A stretch of DNA of 64,000 bases from Hyphomonas sp. (GCF_046313975.1 NZ_JBKBXB010000003.1:57376-121375); one strand, 5' to 3'. Counted from the first letter of the stretch, positions 47,078-57,333 are shown. Translations and numbers: made by a program. The notes: a model not told the origin generated them from the letters alone.

Positions 47078-49407
47078 TTGTCGATGATCTGACGGCGGGC
47101 CTTCCGCCGCGGGTGATCCTGCATACGGGCCCGGTCGAGGCGTTCCTGGCGCAGCACTGGCCACAGGGCTTCCCGCGGCCGCCGGCGGCCTTCTGGAACG
47201 GGGAGCGCGCGGGCGACGAAGTGTTTGACCGCGACATGGAAGCCGCCGACGAGCTGGTGCTGGCTTTCATGCCGCGCGGGCTTGACCCTGTGACCTGGGC
47301 GATCATTGCCGTTTTCGTGGTGGTGACGGTCGCCGCGACTTTCCTGCTGATGCCGAAAGTTCCGTCCCCGGACGGAAACGGCCGCGCAGGCAGCGTCTAT
47401 TCGATCGGGCTTTCGGCCAACGAAGCGAAGCTCAGCGCGCCGGTGCCCCTCTGTTATGGCCGCGTGACGCGCACGCCGGATTATGCAGCGCAGTCTTACC
47501 GCTGGTATGACGGCAACCAGGAGGTGCGCGCCTTCCTGCTCTGCCTCGGCGCCGGTGAGCTGGAAGTCGATGCGGTACGTCTCGGCGAGACGCCGGTGAC
47601 GGACCTGCCGCCCGGCCTTGCCGAGTGGCGCGTCTTCCGCCCCACCGATCACGGCCAGCGCCTCGGCGCGGTCTCGGCCGCTGCCGGCGTCTGGGAGAAC
47701 GTCTTCACCTCCGGCGATGTCTCCAGCCAGGAGCTGCTGCCGCCGAAGAAATTCCAGGCTCGCGCCCGGGCCAGCTATGCCGGCAGCGTCTTCACCTTCG
47801 AGGATCTGTCGGTGGCGCAGACGGCCTCGCCCGGCGACACGCTGGTCGTGCGCAAGAGCAGCGCGAATGGCGACTATACGGTCGTCTCCGTCAGCGGCCC
47901 GCGCGTCACCGTGCAGGGGCCGCTGTCCGGCTCCGGCGCCGGCGAGTTCGATCTTGCCATCGTGTCGAACGGCTCGGTGATCCTCGGGCCGTTCGTGACC
48001 AATCCGCCGCGCACGCGCACACGCCGCATCGAGATCGATGTCGAATGGCCGGGCGGGCTGAATGACCGCGACGATCAGGGCAAGATCAGGTCCTGGCAGG
48101 TGATCCTGACGGCCTGGCTGACGCCGATCGGCGATGATGGCGAGATCCTTGGGCCTGACCGCGTCGTGACCTTTACCGAGCGCGCGGCGACGATGACGCC
48201 GCAGCGCCGCACCTGGCGGATCGATGTGCCGGAGGGGCGCTACCGCATCCGCCTCGGCCGGACGGATTTCGAGAACCGGGGCCGGGAAACCGACCGCACG
48301 GTGTGGACCGGGCTCAAGGCCTGGCTCGAGATCGATACGGCGGCGCGCGCCTATGGCGATGTGACGCTGATGAGCCTTGTGGTGCGCGGCGCGCAGGAAT
48401 TGTCGGAGACGGCGCAGAGCCGGATCTTCGTGACGACGCGGATGTATGTGCCCCGCCTCGGTACCGACCAGAAAATCCTCAGCGCCAACCCCGCAGACAT
48501 CCTCGCCGATATCATGCTGAACCGCTCCGGCACGGCGGCGCTCTCGATCGAAGGCGTGCACACCGAAGCGCTGGAAGCCTGGCGCACGAGCCTCGAGGGC
48601 AGCTCCGGCTTCAACGGCGTGTTTGATACCCGCCAGACGCTATGGGCCGCCCTGCAGGGCGTGGCGCGGCGTGGCCGGGCGGACCCGGTAATGCGCGGCG
48701 GCCGCCTCAGCGTCGCGGTGGACGGGCCGAAGCCGGTGCGCCGCGGGCTTGTCACGGCGGACACGGTGATCGCCAATTCGCTCAAAGTGCAGTGGGCGTT
48801 CCGCCGCCAGGGCGACCCGGATGGCATCGAGCTCGAATGGCGCGACCCGGACACCTTTGCCGAGCGCCAGGTGCGCTGGCCTGCGGACTGCCTGTTCCCG
48901 AAACAGGTGAAGCCGCTCGGCTTCACCGATGAGGCCGAGGCGCTCGCAGAGGCCAGGTACCTCTGGGAAGACCTCACCCGCCGCAACATGGAGGTGAGCT
49001 TCCAGACGACCGATGCGGCCAACCTGTTCGGCCGGTTTGACCGGATCGCGCTTGCCCATCCGATGTTCGACTGGGGCGCTTCGCTGCGCCTGGTGCGCGC
49101 GCAGGGCCGGATGCTGCAGGTCAGTGGACGCCTGCCGGAAGGTCCGCTGATGGCCGTGATCCGCAGCCCGGAAGGCGAGCCGTCTGCGGTACTCGCCGCG
49201 ACCGGGCTTGCCGGCGGGATGCTGGAACTGGCCGAGGTGCCGCCGGTCGAACTGACCGGGGATTCCGGCGGCGTGCCGACGCTGATTGCGGTCTCGGCGC
49301 CGGATGCCGCGCTGATCGATCTGACGGTGCGCAAGGTCGCCCCGTCCGGCCGCGCCTTCCAGGTGACGGCCGCCAATTATGTCGAGGATCTCGGGGAGAG
49401 TGCATGA
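47062..49407 (+). CDS. Host-specificity/central tail protein (TipJ-like)
   Basis: PVPLCYGRV..TPD, LCLGAGE, NPADILAD, FNGVFD. Confidence 0.88.
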   Translation: MGRILIVDDLTAGLPPRVILHTGPVEAFLAQHWPQGFPRPPAAFWNGERAGDEVFDRDMEAADELVLAFMPRGLDPVTWAIIAVFVVVTVAATFLLMPKVPSPDGNGRAGSVYSIGLSANEAKLSAPVPLCYGRVTRTPDYAAQSYRWYDGNQEVRAFLLCLGAGELEVDAVRLGETPVTDLPPGLAEWRVFRPTDHGQRLGAVSAAAGVWENVFTSGDVSSQELLPPKKFQARARASYAGSVFTFEDLSVAQTASPGDTLVVRKSSANGDYTVVSVSGPRVTVQGPLSGSGAGEFDLAIVSNGSVILGPFVTNPPRTRTRRIEIDVEWPGGLNDRDDQGKIRSWQVILTAWLTPIGDDGEILGPDRVVTFTERAATMTPQRRTWRIDVPEGRYRIRLGRTDFENRGRETDRTVWTGLKAWLEIDTAARAYGDVTLMSLVVRGAQELSETAQSRIFVTTRMYVPRLGTDQKILSANPADILADIMLNRSGTAALSIEGVHTEALEAWRTSLEGSSGFNGVFDTRQTLWAALQGVARRGRADPVMRGGRLSVAVDGPKPVRRGLVTADTVIANSLKVQWAFRRQGDPDGIELEWRDPDTFAERQVRWPADCLFPKQVKPLGFTDEAEALAEARYLWEDLTRRNMEVSFQTTDAANLFGRFDRIALAHPMFDWGASLRLVRAQGRMLQVSGRLPEGPLMAVIRSPEGEPSAVLAATGLAGGMLELAEVPPVELTGDSGGVPTLIAVSAPDAALIDLTVRKVAPSGRAFQVTAANYVEDLGESA

Positions 49408-49889
49408 CCAGGCTTCGCTGGCCGCGCGCCCTGCCGCGCCCGATCTTCCAGACGCAGACGCTGGCGCCGGATTTCGGTGTCGAGGCTTTCGACATGGATT
49501 CCGGCTGGCAGGAAGAGCGCCGCCGGTTCAGCCACCTGCCGGGCGTCCACAGCTTCGCCCTGCGCCTGTCCGCCCTCGAGCAGGACATCCTGCTGGCCTT
49601 CGCCCAGAAGGTCGCGGGCGGCGTGTTCGAGGCCGATCTCTGGATGCCGGGCATGAGCCGGGACGGCTGCGAGACCTTTGCCTGCCGCTTTGTCTCGCTG
49701 GCCCAGTCCGGGGAGATCACGACCGGGCGCTGGCGCTGGAATGTCAGCCTGCGGATCGAAGCGCTCAACCCGGCCAACTTCGACGATCTCGCCTTCCTGG
49801 CCGAGTATGGCGAAGAGGCGCTCAGCGCCGCCAATCTTTTCGACACGCTGGTCAATGAAACCATGCCCGACCATATGGGAGCCGCCTGA
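49404..49889 (+). CDS. Distal tail protein-like (gpM/Dit-like), displaced downstream of TipJ
   Basis: WP..LP.P...MDSG....RRRF pattern. Confidence 0.6.
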   Translation: MTRLRWPRALPRPIFQTQTLAPDFGVEAFDMDSGWQEERRRFSHLPGVHSFALRLSALEQDILLAFAQKVAGGVFEADLWMPGMSRDGCETFACRFVSLAQSGEITTGRWRWNVSLRIEALNPANFDDLAFLAEYGEEALSAANLFDTLVNETMPDHMGAA

Positions 49890-51331
49890 TGCCCGCACCG
49901 ACCGCCCAGCAACTGATCGATGCCGGCACGGATGTCACGACCCTCGGCACCGTGATCAATGCGCCCGCAGATCATGGCGGCGACGGCACGGTGACGACGC
50001 GGCGCGGCGGCCCGGTCAAGACGCTCGCCTGGTATCTCGCCCAGCTCGATACGCACCGCCTCGCCGCCGCTGCCCTGGTCGAAGACCTTGACGGGCAGGA
50101 GGCCGCCATCGCCGCGATCGCGGCGGCGCTCGCCAGCGGCCAGCCCCTCGACCTCATCATCGATCACCTGGATGACCTGATCGCGGCCTCGGGCATCTAC
50201 CCGGTCGCGCTCGGTGAGCATGACGCGCTCGAGGATGAGGTGATCACGGATCCGCGCGTGACGGTGATGCACGAGGACGAGCGATACCGGCCGCGCGTGC
50301 TGCCGCATACGATCACGCTGCCCTTCGATCCGGAGGATTTCTACCTGATGGTCTCGCAGGGTGCCGCGTCGGCCTTCGTACTGGCGGAGCTCCGCCGCCT
50401 GGCCACCTATCACCCGCCGGTCGCGCCGGATTTCGGGGTCAACCGGTCCTATGCCTTCGAGGCCGGATCCTCGGGCACGATCGTCGATCTCAACACGCTG
50501 GTCACCGATCCGGATTCACCGGCCGAAAACCGCAGCTTCGAAGCGCTCGGCGCGCTGCCCACGGGCGTGACGCTGACCGGCGCGATCCTCGCGCGCAGCG
50601 CCCCGCCGATCCAGGCGCCGGCGGCCGTCACCTTCCGCGTCACCGACGAAAGCGGGCTGACCGATACGGTGACGATCACGCTGCACAGCTATGACCCGCT
50701 GAGCCCGCCGACAACGCCGCCGGTCTGGGTGGCGCTGCCGGTCTGGAACGTCACGGCCGGGACCGGTGTCGGCTTCCTGCATGCCCGCAGTTTCATCATC
50801 GCGGGCACGACGCCTGTGCATGCCCTGACGATCACGGCGACCGGTGTGCCGCCGGGCCTGTCGGTGAGCGACGGCGTGCTCTCCGGCGTGCCTTCGGCGG
50901 CCGGAACCTACACGATCACCTGGACGGCCATCGACGCCTTCGGGGCCGAAGTCGAGGCGCTGCAGACGGTCAATGTCTCCGCCGGCGCGGCGCCGGTCTG
51001 GGCCTCGATCCCTGCCATAACGCTTAACCTCGGCCAGACGCTGCCGCCGGTGCGGTATGGCACGTATCTCAGCGGCGCGCCGTTCGCGGTGAGCGCCCTG
51101 ACGCTCGGCGTCTCCGGCCAGCCGGCGGGCACGGCGCTCTCCTCCCGCGAGCTGCGCGGTGTGCCGACCGCCACCGGCACCTTCACGGTGACGGTGACGG
51201 CGACAAATCCCTCCGGCGTCTCGTCGCAGATCAATCACACGATCACCGTGCTGCCGGCGCCGTCCGGCGGCGGGGGCGGCGGCGGGGGCGGCCCGGGCGG
51301 CGGCGAGTTCGAGCGGTTCGAGCCTTATTAG
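49889..51331 (+). CDS. Tail fibre/adhesin with putative-Ig (He_PIG/cadherin-like) repeats
   Basis: N-terminal VTTRRGGPVKTLA anchor; three LP.G(L/V)...SG.P...GT.T(I/V)T repeats; poly-Gly C-terminus. Confidence 0.75.
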   Translation: MPAPTAQQLIDAGTDVTTLGTVINAPADHGGDGTVTTRRGGPVKTLAWYLAQLDTHRLAAAALVEDLDGQEAAIAAIAAALASGQPLDLIIDHLDDLIAASGIYPVALGEHDALEDEVITDPRVTVMHEDERYRPRVLPHTITLPFDPEDFYLMVSQGAASAFVLAELRRLATYHPPVAPDFGVNRSYAFEAGSSGTIVDLNTLVTDPDSPAENRSFEALGALPTGVTLTGAILARSAPPIQAPAAVTFRVTDESGLTDTVTITLHSYDPLSPPTTPPVWVALPVWNVTAGTGVGFLHARSFIIAGTTPVHALTITATGVPPGLSVSDGVLSGVPSAAGTYTITWTAIDAFGAEVEALQTVNVSAGAAPVWASIPAITLNLGQTLPPVRYGTYLSGAPFAVSALTLGVSGQPAGTALSSRELRGVPTATGTFTVTVTATNPSGVSSQINHTITVLPAPSGGGGGGGGGPGGGEFERFEPY

Positions 51332-51490
51332 AACTGCTCGCGGTGATCGCCGGGCGTGCGCCCGGCGCCGCTGCGCCTGCGCGTTGCTTGTGTGCTCGCG
51401 CCCTTCGCGTCGCGTCTGAGGCTCCGGGCCTCTCCTTTCATCCGTGAGCGGACGGCTGCGGATTTCATCTGACAACTGAGGAGTGCTTCC

Positions 51491-54400
51491 ATGGCGTATG
51501 ACCTGCGCACGTCTGCGATTCCGGCAATCTCCAATGCCGACACGATCAACAAGCCGAACGTGCTGCCGGAATTCGGGGCGCCGGACACGGTCGAAGCGCT
51601 GCGCGACCGGCTGCAGGATCTCTGGGACCAGACGGCGGTCCTGATCGCCCAGGCGCGTTCCACCGAGGTCCGGTATCCCGAGCGCTTCCTCTGGGAGACG
51701 CTGGAGGCGCTGAACATCTTCGACATGAGCCACGGCATCTCGCTGCCGTCGAACCCGGCGGTCGGCAAGCTGCACGGCGACTATTCACAGCCCGACATCC
51801 CGCTGCGCCCGCTGGTCTGGGACGGCGAGGACTGGGTCAGCTATCTCGAGGACATCCAGCCGGGCGGGTCGATGCTCGATGTCATCCTCGCGCCCTTCCT
51901 GGTCAACCAGCAGGTCGTCAATGCCGGCAACCAGGAACTGGTGAACAATCTGCGCACCGAGCTGCGCGGCGGGGTGGCCGAAGCCCGCGACACGCTGCAG
52001 AAGCTCTCCGACGCCATCGATGCGATCGCGATCGATACCGAAGACCTCGCGCTGACCGGCGTGCCCACCGCGCCCACCGCCGCCTTGGGCACGAATACAA
52101 CCCAGATCGCGACGATGGCGGCCGTGAAGGCGGCGGCAGACGCCGCGGCCGCCGCATCGATCCCGCTGGCGCAGAAAGGCGCCAACAGCGGCGTTGCCTC
52201 GCTGGACAGCGGCGGCAAGGTGCCCGCGGGCCAACTGCCCTCGTATGTCGATGATGTGGTCGAGGCGGTCAACTTCGCCGCGCTGCCCGGCCCTGGCGAG
52301 ACTGGCAAAATCTATGTCACGCTGAACGACAACAAAATCTATCGTTGGTCGGGCTCCGCCTACATCGAGATTGTCGGATCGCCCGGCTCGACGGACGCGG
52401 TGCCGGAAGGCGCGGTCAACAAGTACTTCACCGATGCGCGGGCGCAGTCCGCGCTCTCCGCCGCGCTTTCGGGCAAGCAGAACCTGCTTTCGGGCACCTC
52501 CGGGCAGGTGCTGGCCTTTGACGGAGCCGGTGCGCCGGTCGCGCGCAACGCGCCGCAGCGGCTCTCGACCTGGCACTTCACCAGCGATGGTGTCACGGAC
52601 TGCACCGCCGCGCTGCAGACCTATCTGAACCTTGGCGGCCGCGTTCACCTTGCTGACGGCACCTATGTCGCGACCGCGCTCACGGTTCCGGCCAATACCG
52701 AGCTGACCGGCTCGCGAAACGCCATCCTGAAGAAAGCTAATACGGCCGGCACGTTCATCACCGTCGATGGGGACAATGTGACGCTGCGCGGTTTCACCGT
52801 CGATGGCACGCACACGGACGAAACCCGCGCCTCCGGCTATATTGCCAACCATATCGGCATCTCGTGCGTGGGCACGTCGAGCTTGGACCGGAAGGGCATC
52901 CGCTTCGAAGACCTGCTGGTCAAGAATTTCGGCGACAAGGGCATCTATACCCGCTGGACGGATGGGCTGCGCTCGATCCGCAACCGCGTCGAGCGGTGCG
53001 GGTATTCCGGTGAGGAACACCTCTCACCGATCAATGGCGAGTGTCTCGACTGCCATTGGGAAAACATCTTCCCCGGCCAGACCGGAAACGACAATGCCTA
53101 TGGCGGCGTGATGACGGCCAGCGGCACGGACCGCGTGCCGCAGAATTCGGGCTTCACGGGCTGCACGGCCAAGGATGTCACAAGCTGGGTCGGGATCGAC
53201 ATCCATTACGGCCGCAACTGCTGGATCGAGCAGGGCGAAGCGATCGAGTGCGCCGAAGGCGTCACGTACCAGAACAGCATTTCCGGCGCGCCGGGCGCGA
53301 ACATCGATGTCAACTTCAACCGGGTGCGCGCCTGGGCCGGCGAGACCAAGACCCGCGACGGCCGGGCCTATACCAAGACCGGCGGTATCGTTATCGTCGG
53401 CGCCGCGACCGGCGAGCGGGCCACCAATGTAAACGTCCGCGGCAACACCCTGATCAATTGCGGCGACACGCGCCCGGGCACCGGCGGCGCGATCCTTGTC
53501 CGCAACGTCGATGGCCTGCTGGTGACGACGAACGCGCTGACCGGCTCGCACCGGGCCGCGATTTCCCTCCAGCAGTCGGACGCAAACGGCTCCTGCATCA
53601 ACGCGACGGTCATGGGCAACACGATCAACGGCGTTGCCCAGCACAATTCGGTCTGCCGGGGCATCGACATGTCGGCCGGTACGCGCGGGGTCTGCGCGCT
53701 CAACGAAGTCACCGCACTCGCCACCGGCACGCAGGAGGTCTACCAAGAGCCGGGCGCAACGCAGCCCGTGCGCGTCCTGCACGAGCTGCCGGACCGCCTG
53801 CAGGCCGCGCGGACCTATTATGTCCGGACCGGCGGCAGCGACTCGGCGAGCGGCCTGCTCGACACCGATGCCGGCGCCTTCGCCACCTTGCAGAAGGCCA
53901 TCGATGTGGCGGCGGGTCTCGACACCAACGGCTTCGATGTCACGATCGTGGTGCGGTCCGGCACGCACGCCTCAGCTGCGCTCAAGTCTATGCGGGGCGG
54001 CGGCTGGCTGGTGATCCTCGGCGATACGGCCACGCCGTCGAATGTCGTGATTGCGGGCAGCAGCCTCTCGGCGATCCGGGCCTCGGCCGTGTTCGGCAAT
54101 TACCGGGTGCTCGGGGTCAAACTGCAGACCACAACGGCCGGGTCCGGGATCGACCTCTCCGGCGCGGGCATCAATCTTGAATATGGCAACTGCGACTTCG
54201 GGGCCTGCGCGGACCATCACATCAGTGTCAGCCGGTCGAAGATCAAGGCGATCAACACCAACGCGATCACCGGGCAGGCGGCGACGCATATCAATGCGCT
54301 CCAGACGGCGGATGTGGACATCACGTCCTTTGCCTACACGCTGAGCGGCACGCTCAACTTCGGGACGGCGTTTGTCCGCGCGCTGCGCAACAGTTATGTC

Positions 54401-54553
54401 GGCGCAAACGGCGCGAGCTTCACAGGCGGCACGATCACCGGCACCCGCTACATTACGCAGGAAGGCTCCGTGATCTTCACGGGCGGCGGCGGGGCCAGCT
54501 TCTTCCCGGGATCCGTCAATGGCACCGAGGCGAGCGGGGGCGTCTACGCATGA
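51491..54553 (+). CDS. Tailspike/receptor-binding protein with parallel beta-helix
   Basis: LTGVPTAPT fibre motif; DGVTDCTAALQ opening a pectin-lyase-like helix; second module YYVRTGGSD...AFATLQKAID. Confidence 0.8.
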   Translation: MAYDLRTSAIPAISNADTINKPNVLPEFGAPDTVEALRDRLQDLWDQTAVLIAQARSTEVRYPERFLWETLEALNIFDMSHGISLPSNPAVGKLHGDYSQPDIPLRPLVWDGEDWVSYLEDIQPGGSMLDVILAPFLVNQQVVNAGNQELVNNLRTELRGGVAEARDTLQKLSDAIDAIAIDTEDLALTGVPTAPTAALGTNTTQIATMAAVKAAADAAAAASIPLAQKGANSGVASLDSGGKVPAGQLPSYVDDVVEAVNFAALPGPGETGKIYVTLNDNKIYRWSGSAYIEIVGSPGSTDAVPEGAVNKYFTDARAQSALSAALSGKQNLLSGTSGQVLAFDGAGAPVARNAPQRLSTWHFTSDGVTDCTAALQTYLNLGGRVHLADGTYVATALTVPANTELTGSRNAILKKANTAGTFITVDGDNVTLRGFTVDGTHTDETRASGYIANHIGISCVGTSSLDRKGIRFEDLLVKNFGDKGIYTRWTDGLRSIRNRVERCGYSGEEHLSPINGECLDCHWENIFPGQTGNDNAYGGVMTASGTDRVPQNSGFTGCTAKDVTSWVGIDIHYGRNCWIEQGEAIECAEGVTYQNSISGAPGANIDVNFNRVRAWAGETKTRDGRAYTKTGGIVIVGAATGERATNVNVRGNTLINCGDTRPGTGGAILVRNVDGLLVTTNALTGSHRAAISLQQSDANGSCINATVMGNTINGVAQHNSVCRGIDMSAGTRGVCALNEVTALATGTQEVYQEPGATQPVRVLHELPDRLQAARTYYVRTGGSDSASGLLDTDAGAFATLQKAIDVAAGLDTNGFDVTIVVRSGTHASAALKSMRGGGWLVILGDTATPSNVVIAGSSLSAIRASAVFGNYRVLGVKLQTTTAGSGIDLSGAGINLEYGNCDFGACADHHISVSRSKIKAINTNAITGQAATHINALQTADVDITSFAYTLSGTLNFGTAFVRALRNSYVGANGASFTGGTITGTRYITQEGSVIFTGGGGASFFPGSVNGTEASGGVYA

Positions 54554-55098
54554 CGGCGGCGCTTCTCCCCCGCGAATACCACTGGCTCGCCGCCGAGCCC
54601 GCGCCGCGCATGCTGCTGGAAGGCCTCAAGACCTTCGGCACGCTGGAAGGTCCGGGGGCGGAGGATCATCCCGTCATCATGGGCTGGGCCAAAGAGGTCG
54701 GCGTCCCGAAGATCGAGCAGGTCTTCACCGCCGACTCGGTGCCGTGGTGCGGCCTGTGGATGGCCGTCATCGCAAAGCGCGCGGGCAAGCCGGTCAATCC
54801 GAACGCGCTCTGGGCGCGCAGCTGGCTGAACTGGGGCAGCGCCGTCGCCGAACCGAAGCTCGGCGATGTGCTGGTGTTCCGGCGCGGCAACACGTCCGGC
54901 CATGTCGGGCTCTACGTTGGCGAAGATGACGGCGCGTTCCACGTCCTCGGGGGCAACCAGGGCGACAAGGTCTCCATCGTCCGCATCGCCCGCTCGCGCC
55001 TTCTCGGCGCCCGCAATCACTACGCTATCGGCCAGCCGCCCAACTGCCGCCGCGTGTTTCTCAAGACCACGGGCACTCTGTCTACCAACGAATCCTGA
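54550..55098 (+). CDS. Endolysin, TIGR02594 family (NlpC/P60-like)
   Basis: D.VPWCG, ARSW..WG, GHVGLY, VLGGNQ. Confidence 0.88.
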   Translation: MTAALLPREYHWLAAEPAPRMLLEGLKTFGTLEGPGAEDHPVIMGWAKEVGVPKIEQVFTADSVPWCGLWMAVIAKRAGKPVNPNALWARSWLNWGSAVAEPKLGDVLVFRRGNTSGHVGLYVGEDDGAFHVLGGNQGDKVSIVRIARSRLLGARNHYAIGQPPNCRRVFLKTTGTLSTNES

Positions 55099-55109
55099 AA
55101 GGACTCCCC

Positions 55110-55598
55110 ATGTTCGACACGCTTAGAAAGCGGGCCCTTGTGGCCCTCGCCGCCGTCTTCAGCCTCGGCAATATCTCCGGCTGCGCCCTGATCCCGATGG
55201 ACAGCCTCTGGAAAACGGCGGGCGGTATTCCGTATGCGGAAGTCTGCAAGGGCGCCGACGGCATCGAGGGCGGCGCGGCCTGCACGCTGACCTGGTACCA
55301 GTCGGCGCTGTCCGCCGGCAAGGAGCTCTGCGAGCTCTCAGCCACGGAGCGCGACCCGGAATATGTCGCCGCGCTCGAATCCGCCTGCCTGAAGGTTGCC
55401 GCCATCGATGCGCGCGTGACGCCCACGGCGGTGGTCGCCTGGGGCCTGCTCGGCGATGTCGCCGAAGCGCGCACGCTGGCCGCCGGTGATGAGGGCCAGG
55501 TGGCCAAGGCGATCGCGGCGGCCCGCCAGCTCGAAACCTTCTGGCGCGAGCGCGGGCCGGAGATCTCCGAGGCCGTCAACGCGATGCGCGGCGACTAG
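55110..55598 (+). CDS. Lipoprotein in lysis module (spanin candidate)
   Basis: Signal peptide ending ISGC. Confidence 0.55.
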   Translation: MFDTLRKRALVALAAVFSLGNISGCALIPMDSLWKTAGGIPYAEVCKGADGIEGGAACTLTWYQSALSAGKELCELSATERDPEYVAALESACLKVAAIDARVTPTAVVAWGLLGDVAEARTLAAGDEGQVAKAIAAARQLETFWRERGPEISEAVNAMRGD

Positions 55599-55653
55599 CG
55601 CCCGCGCCCCGCTCCTTTCCCGAAACCCTAAAGCACAGGAGGCCTGATCCCTC

Positions 55654-55977
55654 ATGGACATGGTCAAGACCCTCAAGAAGTTCGGCGATGTGAAAGACCT
55701 CGCCTTCGCGATCATCGGCGCGAAGTCCGATGCCAACGCGATCTCGGTCGCCGAGAGCTATATCGACCGCGGCCTCGGCTGGCTGACCGCCGCCGCCCAG
55801 GGCAAGGCGTCGATGGACAGGAACCTCGACGCCGACGCGGCGCAGCTGCGCCGGATCATCGATGGCGGTTACCGCCGCGAGGACATCGACGCCGCGCGCG
55901 CGCGCCTGCGCGAGACCAGCGCCTCGATCCAGGCCGAAGCCGCCCGCATCGAGGCGAAGAAGTCCGGCAAGGGCTGA
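55654..55977 (+). CDS. Hypothetical helical protein
   Basis: AGGAGG RBS; C-terminal coiled coil. Confidence 0.6.
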   Translation: MDMVKTLKKFGDVKDLAFAIIGAKSDANAISVAESYIDRGLGWLTAAAQGKASMDRNLDADAAQLRRIIDGGYRREDIDAARARLRETSASIQAEAARIEAKKSGKG

Positions 55978-56086
55978 TCCCTTCGGGGCGCCGGGGGCGG
56001 CGTCCCGGACCCGCGCCCGGCCAGCCGCCTGATGATGTCAGGATCCGGCCGGGCGCACCTTCCTCCCGCATGCAAAGGAGCCTGAC

Positions 56087-56368
56087 ATGGCCAAAGCCAC
56101 CTATCCCGCCGAATGGGGCCTGACGCCCCTGGAGGCGGCCTATCTCACCCGCCTGCGCTCGGGGAAGATCCTCGGCCCCGGCAATTTCTCCGAGCTGCAT
56201 CCGCGCGTCGTCACAGACGTGCGCGGCCGGGTGCGCAAGACGATGGCGCAGCTGCGCCGTAAGCTCGACCCGCTGGATGTCGAGATCACGACGAAATGGC
56301 ATGAGGGCTGGGTCCTCGGCCGCGCCGCCCGCGCCCGCCTGACGGGCCTGCTCAACCTGAAAGGCTGA
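56087..56368 (+). CDS. Small winged-helix-like protein
   Basis: AAGGAG RBS; WGLTPLEA...TMAQLRRKL...ITTKWHEGW (OmpR C-terminal-like). Confidence 0.65.
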   Translation: MAKATYPAEWGLTPLEAAYLTRLRSGKILGPGNFSELHPRVVTDVRGRVRKTMAQLRRKLDPLDVEITTKWHEGWVLGRAARARLTGLLNLKG

Positions 56369-56372
56369 GCGC

Positions 56373-56849
56373 GTGAGGGACACCGCGCCGGAGGCGGCGC
56401 CGGAAACCGCTCAGGAGCGCGACGACCGGGCCGCCATGCCGCCCGCCCAGTCGCCGCCCTGGGGCCGCTATACCGCCGTGATGGCGGGGCTGGGGGCCGT
56501 CTCGGTATACCTCATCCAGAACTGGGGGAGCATCGAGCCGGTTCTCGAAAGCCCCTCGGTGATCGTCCTGTCGATGCTGACGGTCTTTGGCCTCGGCGGG
56601 CTGTCGGCCTACTGGCTGCTTGCCCGGCCGTATGAGCAGCGCCTCTATGCAGCAGAGAGCGTGATCAAGCGGCTGCGCGTCGATGAGCGCCAGCTGCTGG
56701 TGCGCGAAGGTGAGCTGAAGGCGCAGGTAAAAGCGCTGGAAGTCACCGTCCAGTTCCTGCGCGAAGAAATGCAGCTGCTGAAACAGCAGTTCGAAGCGGC
56801 GGTGCCGCCCCGCCAGTCGCGCCGTACTCCAAAAGTGCCGAAAGGCTGA
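56373..56849 (+). CDS. 2-TM protein with coiled coil (holin or inner-spanin candidate)
   Basis: Two hydrophobic segments then heptad repeats. Confidence 0.55.
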   Translation: MRDTAPEAAPETAQERDDRAAMPPAQSPPWGRYTAVMAGLGAVSVYLIQNWGSIEPVLESPSVIVLSMLTVFGLGGLSAYWLLARPYEQRLYAAESVIKRLRVDERQLLVREGELKAQVKALEVTVQFLREEMQLLKQQFEAAVPPRQSRRTPKVPKG

Positions 56850-56918
56850 CCTGTTCCGCGACGCCGGTGATGCGGTTCCTGTCCGGCATTCTCCACCCTC
56901 CGTACAAGGATGACTCCC

Positions 56919-57284
56919 ATGCAAGACCCCAATACCATGACCTTTGTGGCGCGCGCCGCCGCGAAGGATGAGCAGCTGAGCAAGATCCGCCAGCACGAAA
57001 ACACTGAGGCGCGCCTGAAGGCCGAGCTCGCCGCCACCGAAACGCAGCGCGCCAAGGATGAGGCCTACCTGGTGCAGGTCGCCCTCGCGGACGCCGCGGC
57101 CAACCAGCTCATCCTCGAGCGCTATGCGCATCACCTGCCGCCGCCCCCGCCGCCTCCGGCGCCGGAGCCTGCGGCTCAGGAAACACCGCCTGCCGCCGAT
57201 CCTGCGCCCGCCGCTGACCCGGCGCCTGCGCCCGCCGCCGATCCTGCGCCTGCCGCTGACCCGGCCGCGCAACCTGCCTCCTGA
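56919..57284 (+). CDS. Coiled-coil protein with PAADPA repeat tail
   Basis: AAGGA RBS; 32-bp near-perfect DNA repeats at 57192 and 57234. Confidence 0.6.
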   Translation: MQDPNTMTFVARAAAKDEQLSKIRQHENTEARLKAELAATETQRAKDEAYLVQVALADAAANQLILERYAHHLPPPPPPPAPEPAAQETPPAADPAPAADPAPAPAADPAPAADPAAQPAS

Positions 57285-57333
57285 CAGGGAGCCGGCCGGG
57301 CCGAATCCTCCCCTGCGCCCTGCCGGACCTCAA

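Noticed and set aside
34033-49889. Gene transfer agent cluster
   Set aside because: Head and tail genes are flanked by integrase, immunity, replication and att sites, with a 998-aa tape measure; this is a full prophage
51332-51490. Riboswitch or ncRNA in the gap before the tailspike
   Set aside because: Only one short GC hairpin (gccgggcg-tg-cgcccggc); no recognisable aptamer consensus
49889-54553. Diversity-generating retroelement or invertible tail-fibre cassette
   Set aside because: No reverse transcriptase or invertase motifs, and no TR/VR or inverted crossover repeats noticed
56013-56056. Hammerhead ribozyme (CTGATGA at 56029-56035)
   Set aside because: No GAAA core or stem II/III geometry downstream; CTGATGA sits within a simple hairpin
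57192-57265. CRISPR-like direct repeats
   Set aside because: Two 32-bp copies at 42-bp period are in-frame coding repeats (PAADPA); no cas genes or unique spacers
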